From Candidatus Buchananbacteria bacterium (GTDB lineage: Bacteria > Patescibacteriota > Patescibacteriia > 2-01-FULL-39-33 > JBAYJR01): DNA of 64,000 nt. The first letter of the stretch is position 1; each line of letters opens with the position of its first letter. This document shows, piece after piece, positions 27,267 through 37,319 of the stretch. The notes under the pieces are model-generated. The model had not been told where the DNA came from and made no database searches. It worked only from the letters and a program-made list of their open reading frames with translations. The stretch is taken from contig JBAYJR010000007.1 in NCBI GenBank assembly GCA_041665005.1, positions 3,061 through 67,060 on the forward strand. The letters are read 5' to 3'. The position numbers and the translations under genes are program-made.

Positions 27267-27641
27267 ATGAATAAAACTTTTTTAGTGCTATTAACCTTGG
27301 CAATTATTTGTTTGCCGAGCATAGCGTTAGCTGCCCTTACCCCAGCTAATTACGGTAATTATGTTTCCAGTCTTAACTTGGGCACAGCTGATTTGTTTAC
27401 TACGGTAATCAACGCAGTTAATTGGGTGTTAAGCTTATTAGTCCTAATTGCTGTCATAATTATTCTATATGGCGGCTTTGTTTGGATGACGGCTGGCGGT
27501 AACGATGACAAAATTAGTTCCGCTAAAGGCACAATTAGCGCCGGAGTAATCGGTCTAATCATCATCTTAGCAGCCTATGCCATTGCTTCCTTCGTAATTA
27601 CTCAATTTTCTGGTATAACTGGTGGTATTATTGGGACCTAA
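27267..27641 (+). CDS. VirB2/TrbC-like pilin 3
   Basis: Close paralog of pilin 2; WMTAGGNDDKI. Confidence 0.85.
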   Translation: MNKTFLVLLTLAIICLPSIALAALTPANYGNYVSSLNLGTADLFTTVINAVNWVLSLLVLIAVIIILYGGFVWMTAGGNDDKISSAKGTISAGVIGLIIILAAYAIASFVITQFSGITGGIIGT

Positions 27642-27722
27642 AAAACTGCTCTAGTTAATAAATTATTAGAACTGTTAATTTTGTGGGAGGGGGGTCACCC
27701 CCTCTCAACAAAATAAAAACTT

Positions 27723-28127
27723 ATGTTACATTTTAAAAAAATCTTACCTTATTTAACTCTAAGTCTACTACTTGGTTTAATCATTTTACCAAACTTACTG
27801 CAGGCCGCTGAGACTACCATATCTAACGCTAGCGTAGCTAATGTTATGATTAGTTTAAATACCATTGCTGGTACAACTGGCTTAAATGTAATCACTAAAG
27901 ACACTTTAGTGACTAAAGTTGGCGCTTTTTTAAAAACTGTTTTTGGTTACCTTGGTGCTCTTTTTTTAATCTTGGTAATTTACGCCGGCTTTCTATGGAT
28001 GACAGCCGGGGGGAATGAAGATAATATTAAAAAAGGAAAAAACATTATCACTTGGGCAGTGCTTGGCTTAGCAGTGATTGCTGCGGCCTACACTATTACT
28101 GCTACCGTTTTATCAATTATCAAATAA
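27723..28127 (+). CDS. VirB2/TrbC-like pilin 4
   Basis: YAGF.WMTAGGNED.I.K.K. Confidence 0.85.
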   Translation: MLHFKKILPYLTLSLLLGLIILPNLLQAAETTISNASVANVMISLNTIAGTTGLNVITKDTLVTKVGAFLKTVFGYLGALFLILVIYAGFLWMTAGGNEDNIKKGKNIITWAVLGLAVIAAAYTITATVLSIIK

Positions 28128-28132
28128 TTTTT

Positions 28133-28513
28133 ATGAAAAAGTTTAAACTTGCGGGTTTATTAATAATTCTAGGCTTAATTATTTTGCCTCAATTAAGCTT
28201 GGCGGCCGTAGATTTTAACACTCAATTAAACTCTTTAGCTACTAGTGCTGGCTATGACACCAGTAGCGCTGTCAGCTTAACCTCTACCATTGGCAAAATT
28301 ATTAATTACTTACTAGGTTTTTTAGGAATCATCGCCTTATTAATTGTTATTTGGGCGGGTTTTAACTGGATGACAGCTGGCGGTAATGATGACAAAATCA
28401 GTTCCGCTAAAAGTTGGATGGTTAACGGTTTTATCGGTTTAGTTATTATTATTTTTGCTTACGCTATTTCTACTTTTGTCATTACTCAAATTCAAGCCTT
28501 TGCCAGTAAATAA
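28133..28513 (+). CDS. VirB2/TrbC-like pilin 5
   Basis: WMTAGGNDDKI; start reassigned to ATG 28133. Confidence 0.85.
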   Translation: MKKFKLAGLLIILGLIILPQLSLAAVDFNTQLNSLATSAGYDTSSAVSLTSTIGKIINYLLGFLGIIALLIVIWAGFNWMTAGGNDDKISSAKSWMVNGFIGLVIIIFAYAISTFVITQIQAFASK

Positions 28514-28517
28514 TTTT

Positions 28518-29030
28518 ATGAAAAAATACTTGGCTCAATTTTTGTTTTTAAGTTTAGCCACCTTGATATTGACTATCCCTTTTTTGGCTTTTGCACAACT
28601 ATCAAGTGGTTTAACTACTAATATCAACAGCCAGTTAGACAGTGCCGCTGGTGGGGCTTACCAAACCGGTCAAAAACTTAATCCCGGACAAACCATTGCC
28701 ACTATTACTAACTACTGCCTAAGCTTTTTAATGTTAATTTCCGTGCTTATTATTATCTACGCCGGCTTTACCTGGATGACAGCTGGTGGTAATGATGACA
28801 AGGTTGCTCAAGCTAAAAGTTGGATCATCAACAGTATTATTGGTTTAATAATTATTTTAGCAGCCTACGCTATTAGCGCTTTTGTATTTAGTTTTATACT
28901 AGATGTAACAAAAGGTTCTAGTTCTACTAGTGAAGCAAACGACCCTTGTAATCCAAATCCCTGTTCAGCAAACCAAACTTGTGGAAGTGATGGTGCTGGA
29001 GGATATGAATGTCTACCCATAGAAACCTAA
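28518..29030 (+). CDS. VirB2/TrbC-like pilin 6 with C-terminal EGF-like motif
   Basis: WMTAGGNDDKV; tail DPCNPNPCSANQTCGSDGAGGYEC. Confidence 0.85.
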   Translation: MKKYLAQFLFLSLATLILTIPFLAFAQLSSGLTTNINSQLDSAAGGAYQTGQKLNPGQTIATITNYCLSFLMLISVLIIIYAGFTWMTAGGNDDKVAQAKSWIINSIIGLIIILAAYAISAFVFSFILDVTKGSSSTSEANDPCNPNPCSANQTCGSDGAGGYECLPIET

Positions 29031-29125
29031 AAATATAAAGCATTACTAAAACAGCGTCTAATTAGGCGCTGTTTTTTAAAAAATCAATTTGTTTTTATGC
29101 TAAAAAAATTATAGAATTAACCCAT

Positions 29126-31108
29126 ATGCTAAATTGGTTTAAAAAATATCAAACCAGTAAACTATATTATCCTCTAATTTTAGGGCTATTGATTTCGATT
29201 TATTTAATCATCAATGGCGCTTACTGCTTTTTAAAATTAAACAATAACCATTACAATGCCTTGGACCTGGGTATTTATACTAATGTCTTTTACAACACTG
29301 CTCATGGCGCTAATTTTATTTCCAGTATCCATCCACCTTCATATTTAGGCGATCATTTAGAGCTCCTAATTTGGCCTTTAGCCAAGTTTTATCAATTATT
29401 ACCAACTCCACTAACTCTACTGTGGTTGCAGACCCTATTTTTGGCTTTAGCAGCTTGGCCGATTTATCTAATTGCAAAAAAAATCTTAAACCAAAATTGG
29501 GCCTTATTTTTTGCCGCTTGGTGGCTACTTAATCCTTTTGTTCAAAACATCAACTTATTTGAATTTCATTTACTAGCCTTCGCACCGTTTTTTCTGTTTT
29601 GGGTTTATTATTTTTGGCAAAAATCAAGTTGGCTAAATTTTTTCATTTTCAGTGCCATTAGTTTATTAATCCGGGAAGATGTGGCCTTGGTCATCGCTAT
29701 GTTTGGTTTATTATCTTTAACTAACAAAAAATATTTTCTTGCTGATTATAAATTTTCCTGGTCTAAGTTTTTAGTCTGGGTAATCACCCCCATAATCTTG
29801 GGGGGAGTTTGGTTTGTTGTTGCCAATCAATTAATTGCCGGTTTTAACGCCGATCAACATTATAAATTTTTTTACTACTACCAATGGTTAGGCAATAACT
29901 GGTCGGAATTATTACTCAATTTAATCGTTAAACCTCAATTGGTTTGGCCAACTCTACTAAGTTTTAATAACATCTTTATCGTCTTAGGGTTATTAGCACC
30001 TTGGTTATTTTTACCAATACTCGCGCCAGTTACTCTAATTTTAACCCTGCCAATTTTTTTACAATACTTATTATCAGTAACTAATCCCATAATTTTAACC
30101 TTGCACTATCCCGCTTTATTGCTACCGGGTTTATTAATTGCCAGTTCATTTGGTTTAGCTAAATTACTTAAAAAACCGCCAATATGGTTAAGTTTTTTAG
30201 CCAAAGAAAAAAGTCTAATTGTTATTTCCTTAACGGCCACCACGCTATACACTTGCTTAATTGCCGGACCAATCACCGGCTTAACAACAGAGCTGAAAAC
30301 TAAACCCGAGGTCTTGGCAGGCGAGATATTAAAATCCATCAAATCAGACCAAACTTTAATGGTAAGTGATACTTGGCTAACTTCAACGGCTAATCGTTCC
30401 AATATCTTTTTATTACGCTATTGGTTTTGGGGGCAACAACAATTTTCCAGCAAAAGCTATTCCTTTCCTGAAACCACTCAACAGATTTTAATTAACAGCG
30501 ATGACCTAATTAATTATTCCTTAATTAAACGTCCCTGGGTAATGCTTACCGGAGCCAAAGATAGTGCTATACGACTCCGGCAACTCCTAGAAAAATATCA
30601 TTTTGGCTGCCAATTATATTATGGCCATTATTTATTACTACAAAAAGACTTGGTTAATAACTGCCTTTATGAACAAACCACGCAAGCTCCTAAAAATTTA
30701 AGTTACAAAAAATTTAATCTGCCCCTAGAACTACTTGGTTATGAAACAGCTAAAACCCTAAATTTTGGTGGAGTAAAATTTTTACCACTAAATTTATTTT
30801 GGCAAAAAACTTCAACTATTGACCTGGATCTATTTTTAAAAACCACTTGGTTAAACCAAGTGGGGGAAATTTTAAAAACTGATTATTATCCTTTGGCCCT
30901 AGGGTTTTATCCACCCTCAGATTGGCCAACTAACCAAACGGTGATTACTAAATACAACCTTAGCCAGCCAAGCACTAACCAAAAAATTTATTTAAAATTA
31001 GAATTAGTTTATTTAACCGGACACCTGACTACTGCCAGCAACCGCGCTAGCTTGCGGGAACTAGGCCAAGAAAAAAGTTTGGGCAGTAAAATAATTATGA
31101 TGCCTTAA
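29126..31108 (+). CDS. DUF2079-family polytopic GT-C-like protein
   Basis: DLGIY, HL/FEFH and REDV motifs, many TMs, extracellular C-terminal domain. Confidence 0.8.
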   Translation: MLNWFKKYQTSKLYYPLILGLLISIYLIINGAYCFLKLNNNHYNALDLGIYTNVFYNTAHGANFISSIHPPSYLGDHLELLIWPLAKFYQLLPTPLTLLWLQTLFLALAAWPIYLIAKKILNQNWALFFAAWWLLNPFVQNINLFEFHLLAFAPFFLFWVYYFWQKSSWLNFFIFSAISLLIREDVALVIAMFGLLSLTNKKYFLADYKFSWSKFLVWVITPIILGGVWFVVANQLIAGFNADQHYKFFYYYQWLGNNWSELLLNLIVKPQLVWPTLLSFNNIFIVLGLLAPWLFLPILAPVTLILTLPIFLQYLLSVTNPIILTLHYPALLLPGLLIASSFGLAKLLKKPPIWLSFLAKEKSLIVISLTATTLYTCLIAGPITGLTTELKTKPEVLAGEILKSIKSDQTLMVSDTWLTSTANRSNIFLLRYWFWGQQQFSSKSYSFPETTQQILINSDDLINYSLIKRPWVMLTGAKDSAIRLRQLLEKYHFGCQLYYGHYLLLQKDLVNNCLYEQTTQAPKNLSYKKFNLPLELLGYETAKTLNFGGVKFLPLNLFWQKTSTIDLDLFLKTTWLNQVGEILKTDYYPLALGFYPPSDWPTNQTVITKYNLSQPSTNQKIYLKLELVYLTGHLTTASNRASLRELGQEKSLGSKIIMMP

Positions 31109-32766
31109 TTTATTACTTGATAAATACTGACTGCGGAATTTTGATAAACTAGCTGTAAATAATCTTTTTGGGCGGGAGAAAAACTACCATAAGCCTTTTC
31201 ATTATCAGAATAGAACAAATAGTTAATCTTGTTTTGTCGCAACCAAGCGGCTTTTTTGTCATCTAAATTATTGGTACGTAATAACCAAACTACCTGCCAA
31301 AATTTTTCTTGATGAAACCACACTGTTTCCACTCCATGACCGGCGTAAACCGTCCGATTAGTCCAACCGGGAATAAAATTACCATAAAGATCTCCCGCCA
31401 AAATCACCGCTTCTGCTTTAGTGTTGTTTTTAAGCCAACTAAACGCGGCGTCCACTGGCCGCAAAATAAACACCGGGTCCCAATGGTTAAGATTGGCTTC
31501 TAAGTGCCGCCCGACGATAAATAGGTTTGATAAAATTATAAGGCCGCCAACTAAAAAACAAAATACTTTAATCTGCCAATTATTAGTCCTTAGAAATTTT
31601 ATTATTTTAATTAACCAAGTAGCTTGGCGTAAATAACTAACACTCAAAACTACTAGCGGTAGCCACCAACCTTCTACTAAACGACGTTGAAAGGCTACCG
31701 GAGAGTAAATTAAAACCGCCCCAACAATAAACCAGCACAATAAAAAAATCTCAATAGTATTTTTATCAGATTTTCTGGCTAAACTCCAGGCACCTAAACT
31801 AGCAAATAACCACCAGGGAAAATAACTAGCTAAGGTTAAATACCAAATGGTGGTCGGTAAAACATTCTGAAAATTTCTAATCTGTACCAACCAATCTACC
31901 TTCATTAACCATAGCCAATAAATAACCGCGGGCGAACAAAGTATGATTATAACAAAAAAGTTTTTTAAACCAAACCAATAAATTTTTTTAAGCCTTAAGG
32001 TCTGAATTAATAGATAGCTGCCAAGTACTGCTAAAACCGTAACCAAATAAAAAGGATGAGACTGAATCAAAATCAAAGCACTTAAGCCGGCTCCTAAACT
32101 CCAAACTATCTTTTGCCGCGTTTCTGCCAACAAGAAAAAATAAAAAGTTAACAGTAAAAAACTAAAAGATAAAATTTGATGGGGCAGATGGATTAGGCTG
32201 GTAAAAAAACTAAACTCCGGCACCCACAAATCCATCGGAATATTATAATACCCCAAACCACCCTGATAAGTTGGCAAGTAATTAATTAAGCCATATAGTA
32301 AAAATCCGCACCCACTACCAAAGAAGGCCAAGCCCAGAGTTAAATTGCGAGTTAGCCCTTTGCTAACAAATAAACCAACCAACAAATAAACTACCCAGAC
32401 CCCCAAAGGAATTAACAACATTTTATACAAAAACAAAGCCCAGACCGGGGCTAAATTAAAAAACTTGGCCAATAAACCGTTACTCCAAAAAAATAAATTA
32501 AAAAAGCTTGCCTGGTGGCTTTCACTAGTAAAGAGGTCTTTAAATAACCACTGCCCGGATTTGACTTGTTGAATATATGAATAATAAACATTATAGTCGC
32601 CGGGCGTTAAAGTAGTAATACCGGTATAAACAAAATTATCACCCTGAGAGGCTAAACCAGAACCAAAAATAAACAAACTAATCAACAAAAAAATTGCCGA
32701 GATTAAAAAGAATAGTTGATGTTCTATAAAAAAATATTTCAAATTTTCTACTAAACGCTTGGCCAT
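31105..32766 (-). CDS. Polytopic GT-C-like glycosyltransferase
   Basis: D..VYYS.I.Q after TM1, HP motif, C-terminal WL..NT...GN.IP....VY.GH. Confidence 0.7.
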   Translation of the reverse strand: MAKRLVENLKYFFIEHQLFFLISAIFLLISLFIFGSGLASQGDNFVYTGITTLTPGDYNVYYSYIQQVKSGQWLFKDLFTSESHQASFFNLFFWSNGLLAKFFNLAPVWALFLYKMLLIPLGVWVVYLLVGLFVSKGLTRNLTLGLAFFGSGCGFLLYGLINYLPTYQGGLGYYNIPMDLWVPEFSFFTSLIHLPHQILSFSFLLLTFYFFLLAETRQKIVWSLGAGLSALILIQSHPFYLVTVLAVLGSYLLIQTLRLKKIYWFGLKNFFVIIILCSPAVIYWLWLMKVDWLVQIRNFQNVLPTTIWYLTLASYFPWWLFASLGAWSLARKSDKNTIEIFLLCWFIVGAVLIYSPVAFQRRLVEGWWLPLVVLSVSYLRQATWLIKIIKFLRTNNWQIKVFCFLVGGLIILSNLFIVGRHLEANLNHWDPVFILRPVDAAFSWLKNNTKAEAVILAGDLYGNFIPGWTNRTVYAGHGVETVWFHQEKFWQVVWLLRTNNLDDKKAAWLRQNKINYLFYSDNEKAYGSFSPAQKDYLQLVYQNSAVSIYQVIN

Positions 32767-32773
32767 AAATTTT

Positions 32774-34213
32774 TTAGTTTTCTTTTACTTTTGGCTTGAC
32801 TAGCAGGCTCTCAAATAGCCTCAAAGAAAATCTATTGATCTCTGGATAATACATCACATAAAAAGCGATCATTATGTTAAGCGCCTTAAAAACACTAAAA
32901 TAGTTTAAAAAGCCTAATAAGGTTAGAGTTAAAACTAATTTACGATAAAATAGTTTTTCACTCAGCAAACATAATGCGATCGGCCAAAGAAAATACCAAG
33001 GCTGAACCCAACCAGCAACCAACACTAAATAACCCAAAAAGGCCAAAGCACTAAGTTCAAACAATCTAAAAACTTTAGGGTCTTTTTTAAAGAGCCAACC
33101 AAGTATTAAAAAGACAACCGCTAAGACCGCGTAACCCAAAAATACTACTTGCGACTCACAAATAAATACACTTCCTAGCCCCACTTTAAAAGAAACCCCA
33201 AAAGCTAATAAAGATTGTAAAAAACTAGAGGTGGCTATATTACAAAGCCCTGATACCGCCCTAATACCATTTAAAAAAGAAAGATTAAACCCAAATGGCG
33301 CTAAAACAAACAAAACCAGTAGGCTTGCTGTCAATAAAAAACCTAATAAAAGTTTTAATAACTTGTCTAGTTTATTATTTAAAACCAAAAATAACAAAAA
33401 AAATGGCGCCACTATAATTGAAGTAAGTTTAGTAAAAAAGGCACAAACTAAAAAAATAAGGCTGGTTAAAATTTTATCCTGCAATAAAAAATAGCCGGCT
33501 AGTAAAATAAAAAAAATCATAAAAACATCATTGTGGCCATTTAACAATAGCTCCAGCAAAACCAACGGATTCCAGAGCCACAAGTAGAGCACTTGGTTGG
33601 TAAATTTACTGTTGAATTTTGTTGAAATTAGATAGATAACAAAGGCACAACCCCAGAAAAAAACTAAATTTAATATTTTAAAACTCAAAAAGTTTAACCA
33701 AAAACAATTACCAAATAATTTGCTAGGTAGCCAATATAATAAAAACTGTACCGGGCCATAGGGAGAAAGGGTTTTATCCCAAACAGTCGCATGATACACC
33801 GGGTCGGCGCTAAATAAGTCGGTAGTAATTAAATAAGGGCTAAAACTATAATTGCTCAAAACCTTACTTTGTATTAAATAAGTATAGAAATCCGTTGATA
33901 ACAACGGCAGGGAAACAACAGCAATTAAACAAAAAACTAAGCTAAACCATAACAATCGCTTAGTTGTTGTCTGACTGTTGTCTATTTTCTTCCAAAAATA
34001 AACAAACGAAAAAACAAATAAAAAAATAGCTATCACCAAGATAACCGTTAAAACATTATTCTTAGGCGGTAAGTTGTGGTCGTTAAAGAAATAACTTTTG
34101 GCATAAGAAACAAGCGCTAATATTAAAAGAAGTAACGACCAGTAAAAGCTGGCCCGCATTAAAAAGCCTTCCCTACTAAACACCTGCAATACTGGCTTAA
34201 AAAATTTATTCAT
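32774..34213 (-). CDS. GT87/MptA-MptB-like polyprenol-P-sugar-dependent glycosyltransferase
   Basis: S.D.Y.Y, PY, SPYGP, WNPL......GHND, QPWY..W. Confidence 0.8.
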   Translation of the reverse strand: MNKFFKPVLQVFSREGFLMRASFYWSLLLLILALVSYAKSYFFNDHNLPPKNNVLTVILVIAIFLFVFSFVYFWKKIDNSQTTTKRLLWFSLVFCLIAVVSLPLLSTDFYTYLIQSKVLSNYSFSPYLITTDLFSADPVYHATVWDKTLSPYGPVQFLLYWLPSKLFGNCFWLNFLSFKILNLVFFWGCAFVIYLISTKFNSKFTNQVLYLWLWNPLVLLELLLNGHNDVFMIFFILLAGYFLLQDKILTSLIFLVCAFFTKLTSIIVAPFFLLFLVLNNKLDKLLKLLLGFLLTASLLVLFVLAPFGFNLSFLNGIRAVSGLCNIATSSFLQSLLAFGVSFKVGLGSVFICESQVVFLGYAVLAVVFLILGWLFKKDPKVFRLFELSALAFLGYLVLVAGWVQPWYFLWPIALCLLSEKLFYRKLVLTLTLLGFLNYFSVFKALNIMIAFYVMYYPEINRFSLRLFESLLVKPKVKEN

Positions 34214-34262
34214 GTGACTAGTTATCAAAAAATATTTAACGGCCTTCAAAAAACCTTGAGAC

Positions 34263-34970
34263 TCATCTTTTAATTTTAAAAAATAATCTGACTATTTGCC
34301 GAAGATATTGCCAACTCAACCTAAAAGTTGAAACCTTACTGGGCCGCTTACTTTCCCGCCAAATAACCGGGATTTCTAATATTTTAAACCTGGACTGTTG
34401 GGCTTTAATTAACAACTCAGTATCAAAAAACCATTCATTATTTTCCACCAACGGCAAAATCTCTCGTTTTACTCTTTCGTTAATCGCTTTAAAGCCACAC
34501 GGCGCATCCTTAGTTTTTAAGTTTAAAATCAACCTGGTTAATAAACTATAACCTATTGAGGTCAGTCGACGTAAAAGATTTCGCCCAATTACTTTTGAAC
34601 CAACTAAAAAACGAGAGCCGACTACTACCTCATAGCCACTAGCTATTCCTTTAATCAAGACGGGAACAGCTTCTAGCCCGGTGGCCAAATCAACGTCCAT
34701 AAAAATATAAACATCGGCCCTAAACTTTTGCCAAGCAGTCCGAATAGCTAGGCCTTTGCCTTTTTGCGGAACAAACATATAACTTACTGCCTGATATTTT
34801 ATTGATAATTCCTGTGCAATAACCGCCGTTTGATCCGTGGAGTCATTATCGGCAATAATTATCTGCCAGGCCTCCGTTAAATTTTTATGACAAAAATCAA
34901 CCAACTGTTCGAGGCTGAGTGCTAAAATTTCTTGTTCATTATAAACTGGCAATACTATTAAAACCTTCAT
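34263..34970 (-). CDS. GT2 polyprenyl-phosphate glycosyltransferase (DPG-synthase-like)
   Basis: PVYNE, D..S.D.T, GKG.A, D.DL, GSR, FFDTE. Confidence 0.9.
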   Translation of the reverse strand: MKVLIVLPVYNEQEILALSLEQLVDFCHKNLTEAWQIIIADNDSTDQTAVIAQELSIKYQAVSYMFVPQKGKGLAIRTAWQKFRADVYIFMDVDLATGLEAVPVLIKGIASGYEVVVGSRFLVGSKVIGRNLLRRLTSIGYSLLTRLILNLKTKDAPCGFKAINERVKREILPLVENNEWFFDTELLIKAQQSRFKILEIPVIWRESKRPSKVSTFRLSWQYLRQIVRLFFKIKR

Positions 34971-34972
34971 CG

Positions 34973-35674
34973 CTATTTTTTGCTAATTAGTTTAAAAATT
35001 ATCACAAAAAATTCTAATATTACTTTCAACCCCAATTTTGACCGACCTTTTTGACGGTCTTTAAAAATAATTGGGATCTCCTTAATATGCAACTTCAGTT
35101 TTTCCGCCCAAAAAATAGTTTCTTCCTGAAAAGCATAGCCATTGCTCTTAATTTTACCGAGTGGTAAGGCTTGTAAAGCCTTGACACTGTAAGCACGAAA
35201 ACCGGTAGTTGCGTCTTTAGTTTTTAAACCTAATAACCAACGCGAAAAATAATTAGCTGAAGATGAAGTAAAATACCGCCAGGCACTCCAGCCAACAATT
35301 TTTCCACCAACTATTCGCCGAGAACCAATCACAAGATCGTAACCACTATTAACCCCTTTAATAAAATCGGAAATCCTTTGGGGTTCATGAGAAAAATCCG
35401 CATCCATCTGAAAAGCTATACCAAAGCCATTGGCTAGGGCATAAGCAAAGCCCGCCTGATAAGCTGTTCCTAGTCCTAACTTTTTTACTCGATGAATAAC
35501 TTTTATCGGATACCTTTGCGCCAATTGATCTGCTAGCTGCCCCGTACCATCCGGGGAATTATCATCAATAATTAAAATTTCTAAGTCAGTAATAGCTAAA
35601 GCAAAAATCTCCGCTACCAATCTGGCCAAATTTTCTTGCTCATTATAAGTTGGTAAAATAACTAAAATTTTCAT
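34973..35674 (-). CDS. GT2 polyprenol-monophosphomannose synthase (Ppm1/DPM1-like)
   Basis: PTYNE, DDNSPDGT, GLG.AY, MDADFSH, GY.FQ.E. Confidence 0.92.
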   Translation of the reverse strand: MKILVILPTYNEQENLARLVAEIFALAITDLEILIIDDNSPDGTGQLADQLAQRYPIKVIHRVKKLGLGTAYQAGFAYALANGFGIAFQMDADFSHEPQRISDFIKGVNSGYDLVIGSRRIVGGKIVGWSAWRYFTSSSANYFSRWLLGLKTKDATTGFRAYSVKALQALPLGKIKSNGYAFQEETIFWAEKLKLHIKEIPIIFKDRQKGRSKLGLKVILEFFVIIFKLISKK

Positions 35675-37311
35675 AACACTTCAAAAATATAAGCTTGGCT
35701 ATCTTGATAAACTCTTTTAAAACCCGCATCGCGTAAAATATTGATTAAAAAATCTTGGTGGTATTTATCAATCAGCACATACTGCGCCTTAAAATCTTGT
35801 TTAAGTAATCGCCATAAGTCTTGTTTTTGCTCACCAAGAGTAATACTAACCATTTCTTGATAAAGCGTGGGATTTTGCAAATACAAAAAAGTGGGATCCA
35901 GACCTAATAAATATACATTATGATCGTTATAATACCAAATTTCTGGCCAAGTGCTCCAGTTGTCATGAAACACTAAAGAGCCTTTGGTGGTATTATTTTT
36001 TAACCACTGACTGGCGCCCGCTAAGTAAAAATAATCTATTCGATTACTAGCTAAATCGCGATGCGAAGAAATTAAACCAAACAACCAAGCAAAAATTAGT
36101 GCAACCACAAAATAACCAACAATGAGGCTTTTAAACTGAGAAAAGTTTTTTAAGTACCCGGCAATTAAATCATTTATTTTTTGAAATAACCCCCGCCGAG
36201 TCTGCCAAATATCAGCTAGCGAAAAAACAATAAATAATAAAAACAAGGGGACAAAATATTCAATATTGCGAGCGGCGCGCAAAGTAAGCGCTAAAAAAAA
36301 TAAAGTCAGCCAGCCCAAAACTATCGTATTTCTTTTTTGACAGCGCCAACCGCCCATAAACCACAAAACCATTAAAAAAATAAATACAGCAAACAATAAA
36401 TTGTTTTGAGAGATTAGGTTAGTCACGCCAAAAGGATACCATTCGCCACCAACTTTAATTTGACTGGCGTAATTATAAATAGCAATCTGACCAATTTGTT
36501 GCCAATAAAATTTCAAATTTTGCGGAAAAAAAGGATTGATAATTACTCCCGCTGTTAAGGCGGTAATAATTAAAATAATCTGACGAAAATTTAACCAAGC
36601 CCAAAAATTAAACCAGACCAACGGGAAAAATCTTTTTAGTCTAAGCCAAAATTTATTAGCCAAATATTGCCCAGACTCTAACGCAAAAAATAGACTATTA
36701 ACTAAATTATTAATCACCACCAAAACCAAAACCAACGGCCAACTGCCATGCAACCAGACAAAGAAAAAAGACAACCCGAAAACCCAGCCATTACGACGCT
36801 GACGCAAAAAATAAAAAATTAGCAACAACAAAACTACTGACAACATTGGCGCTTTGGCTAGGCCGGCTCTAAATAAAAAAGCAGCCGAACTAAATAGTAA
36901 TAAAGCTCCCGCAATTGTCGCCTTAGGTTCTTTGCGATAAATTAGCCAAGCTACTGCCAACACCGCCAAGCTGGCAAAAAAGATTGCCGAAAGCTTAAGG
37001 CCTAACAACGGCGGAAAAAAACTAACAAAAGGAATTAAAAAAATATGGTACAAAAAATGTTGATTAGCAAAATTATCCTTAAGCATAGTTAAGGGTAGCC
37101 AGGGAAACTCTTTTAACAACGTCCCTTGTTTAACCAACAAGGCCATTTTGGCGTGATAAAAAGAGTCTGGATCTACTAAGCCAGTAAAGTTCTGTAAATA
37201 ACAAAAAAATAGCACGCTAAGTGCTAAAATTATTAACCCACTTAACCAAAAATTTCTAGTCAAGTAGTTATTTGCCAAAATAATTTTTTTAAAAAAAATT
37301 TGCCGGGACAT
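35671..37311 (-). CDS. GT-C glycosyltransferase with STT3/AglB-like layout
   Basis: DPDSFYH after TM1, EW.P, C-terminal WL..NT....VF..W domain. Confidence 0.7.
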   Translation of the reverse strand: MSRQIFFKKIILANNYLTRNFWLSGLIILALSVLFFCYLQNFTGLVDPDSFYHAKMALLVKQGTLLKEFPWLPLTMLKDNFANQHFLYHIFLIPFVSFFPPLLGLKLSAIFFASLAVLAVAWLIYRKEPKATIAGALLLFSSAAFLFRAGLAKAPMLSVVLLLLIFYFLRQRRNGWVFGLSFFFVWLHGSWPLVLVLVVINNLVNSLFFALESGQYLANKFWLRLKRFFPLVWFNFWAWLNFRQIILIITALTAGVIINPFFPQNLKFYWQQIGQIAIYNYASQIKVGGEWYPFGVTNLISQNNLLFAVFIFLMVLWFMGGWRCQKRNTIVLGWLTLFFLALTLRAARNIEYFVPLFLLFIVFSLADIWQTRRGLFQKINDLIAGYLKNFSQFKSLIVGYFVVALIFAWLFGLISSHRDLASNRIDYFYLAGASQWLKNNTTKGSLVFHDNWSTWPEIWYYNDHNVYLLGLDPTFLYLQNPTLYQEMVSITLGEQKQDLWRLLKQDFKAQYVLIDKYHQDFLINILRDAGFKRVYQDSQAYIFEVL

Positions 37312-37319
37312 AGCCTTTA

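Noticed and set aside
26863-29030. CRISPR array or DGR as the explanation for repeated blocks
   Set aside because: The repeats are coding paralogy; no regular spacers, cas genes, reverse transcriptase or adenine-specific differences
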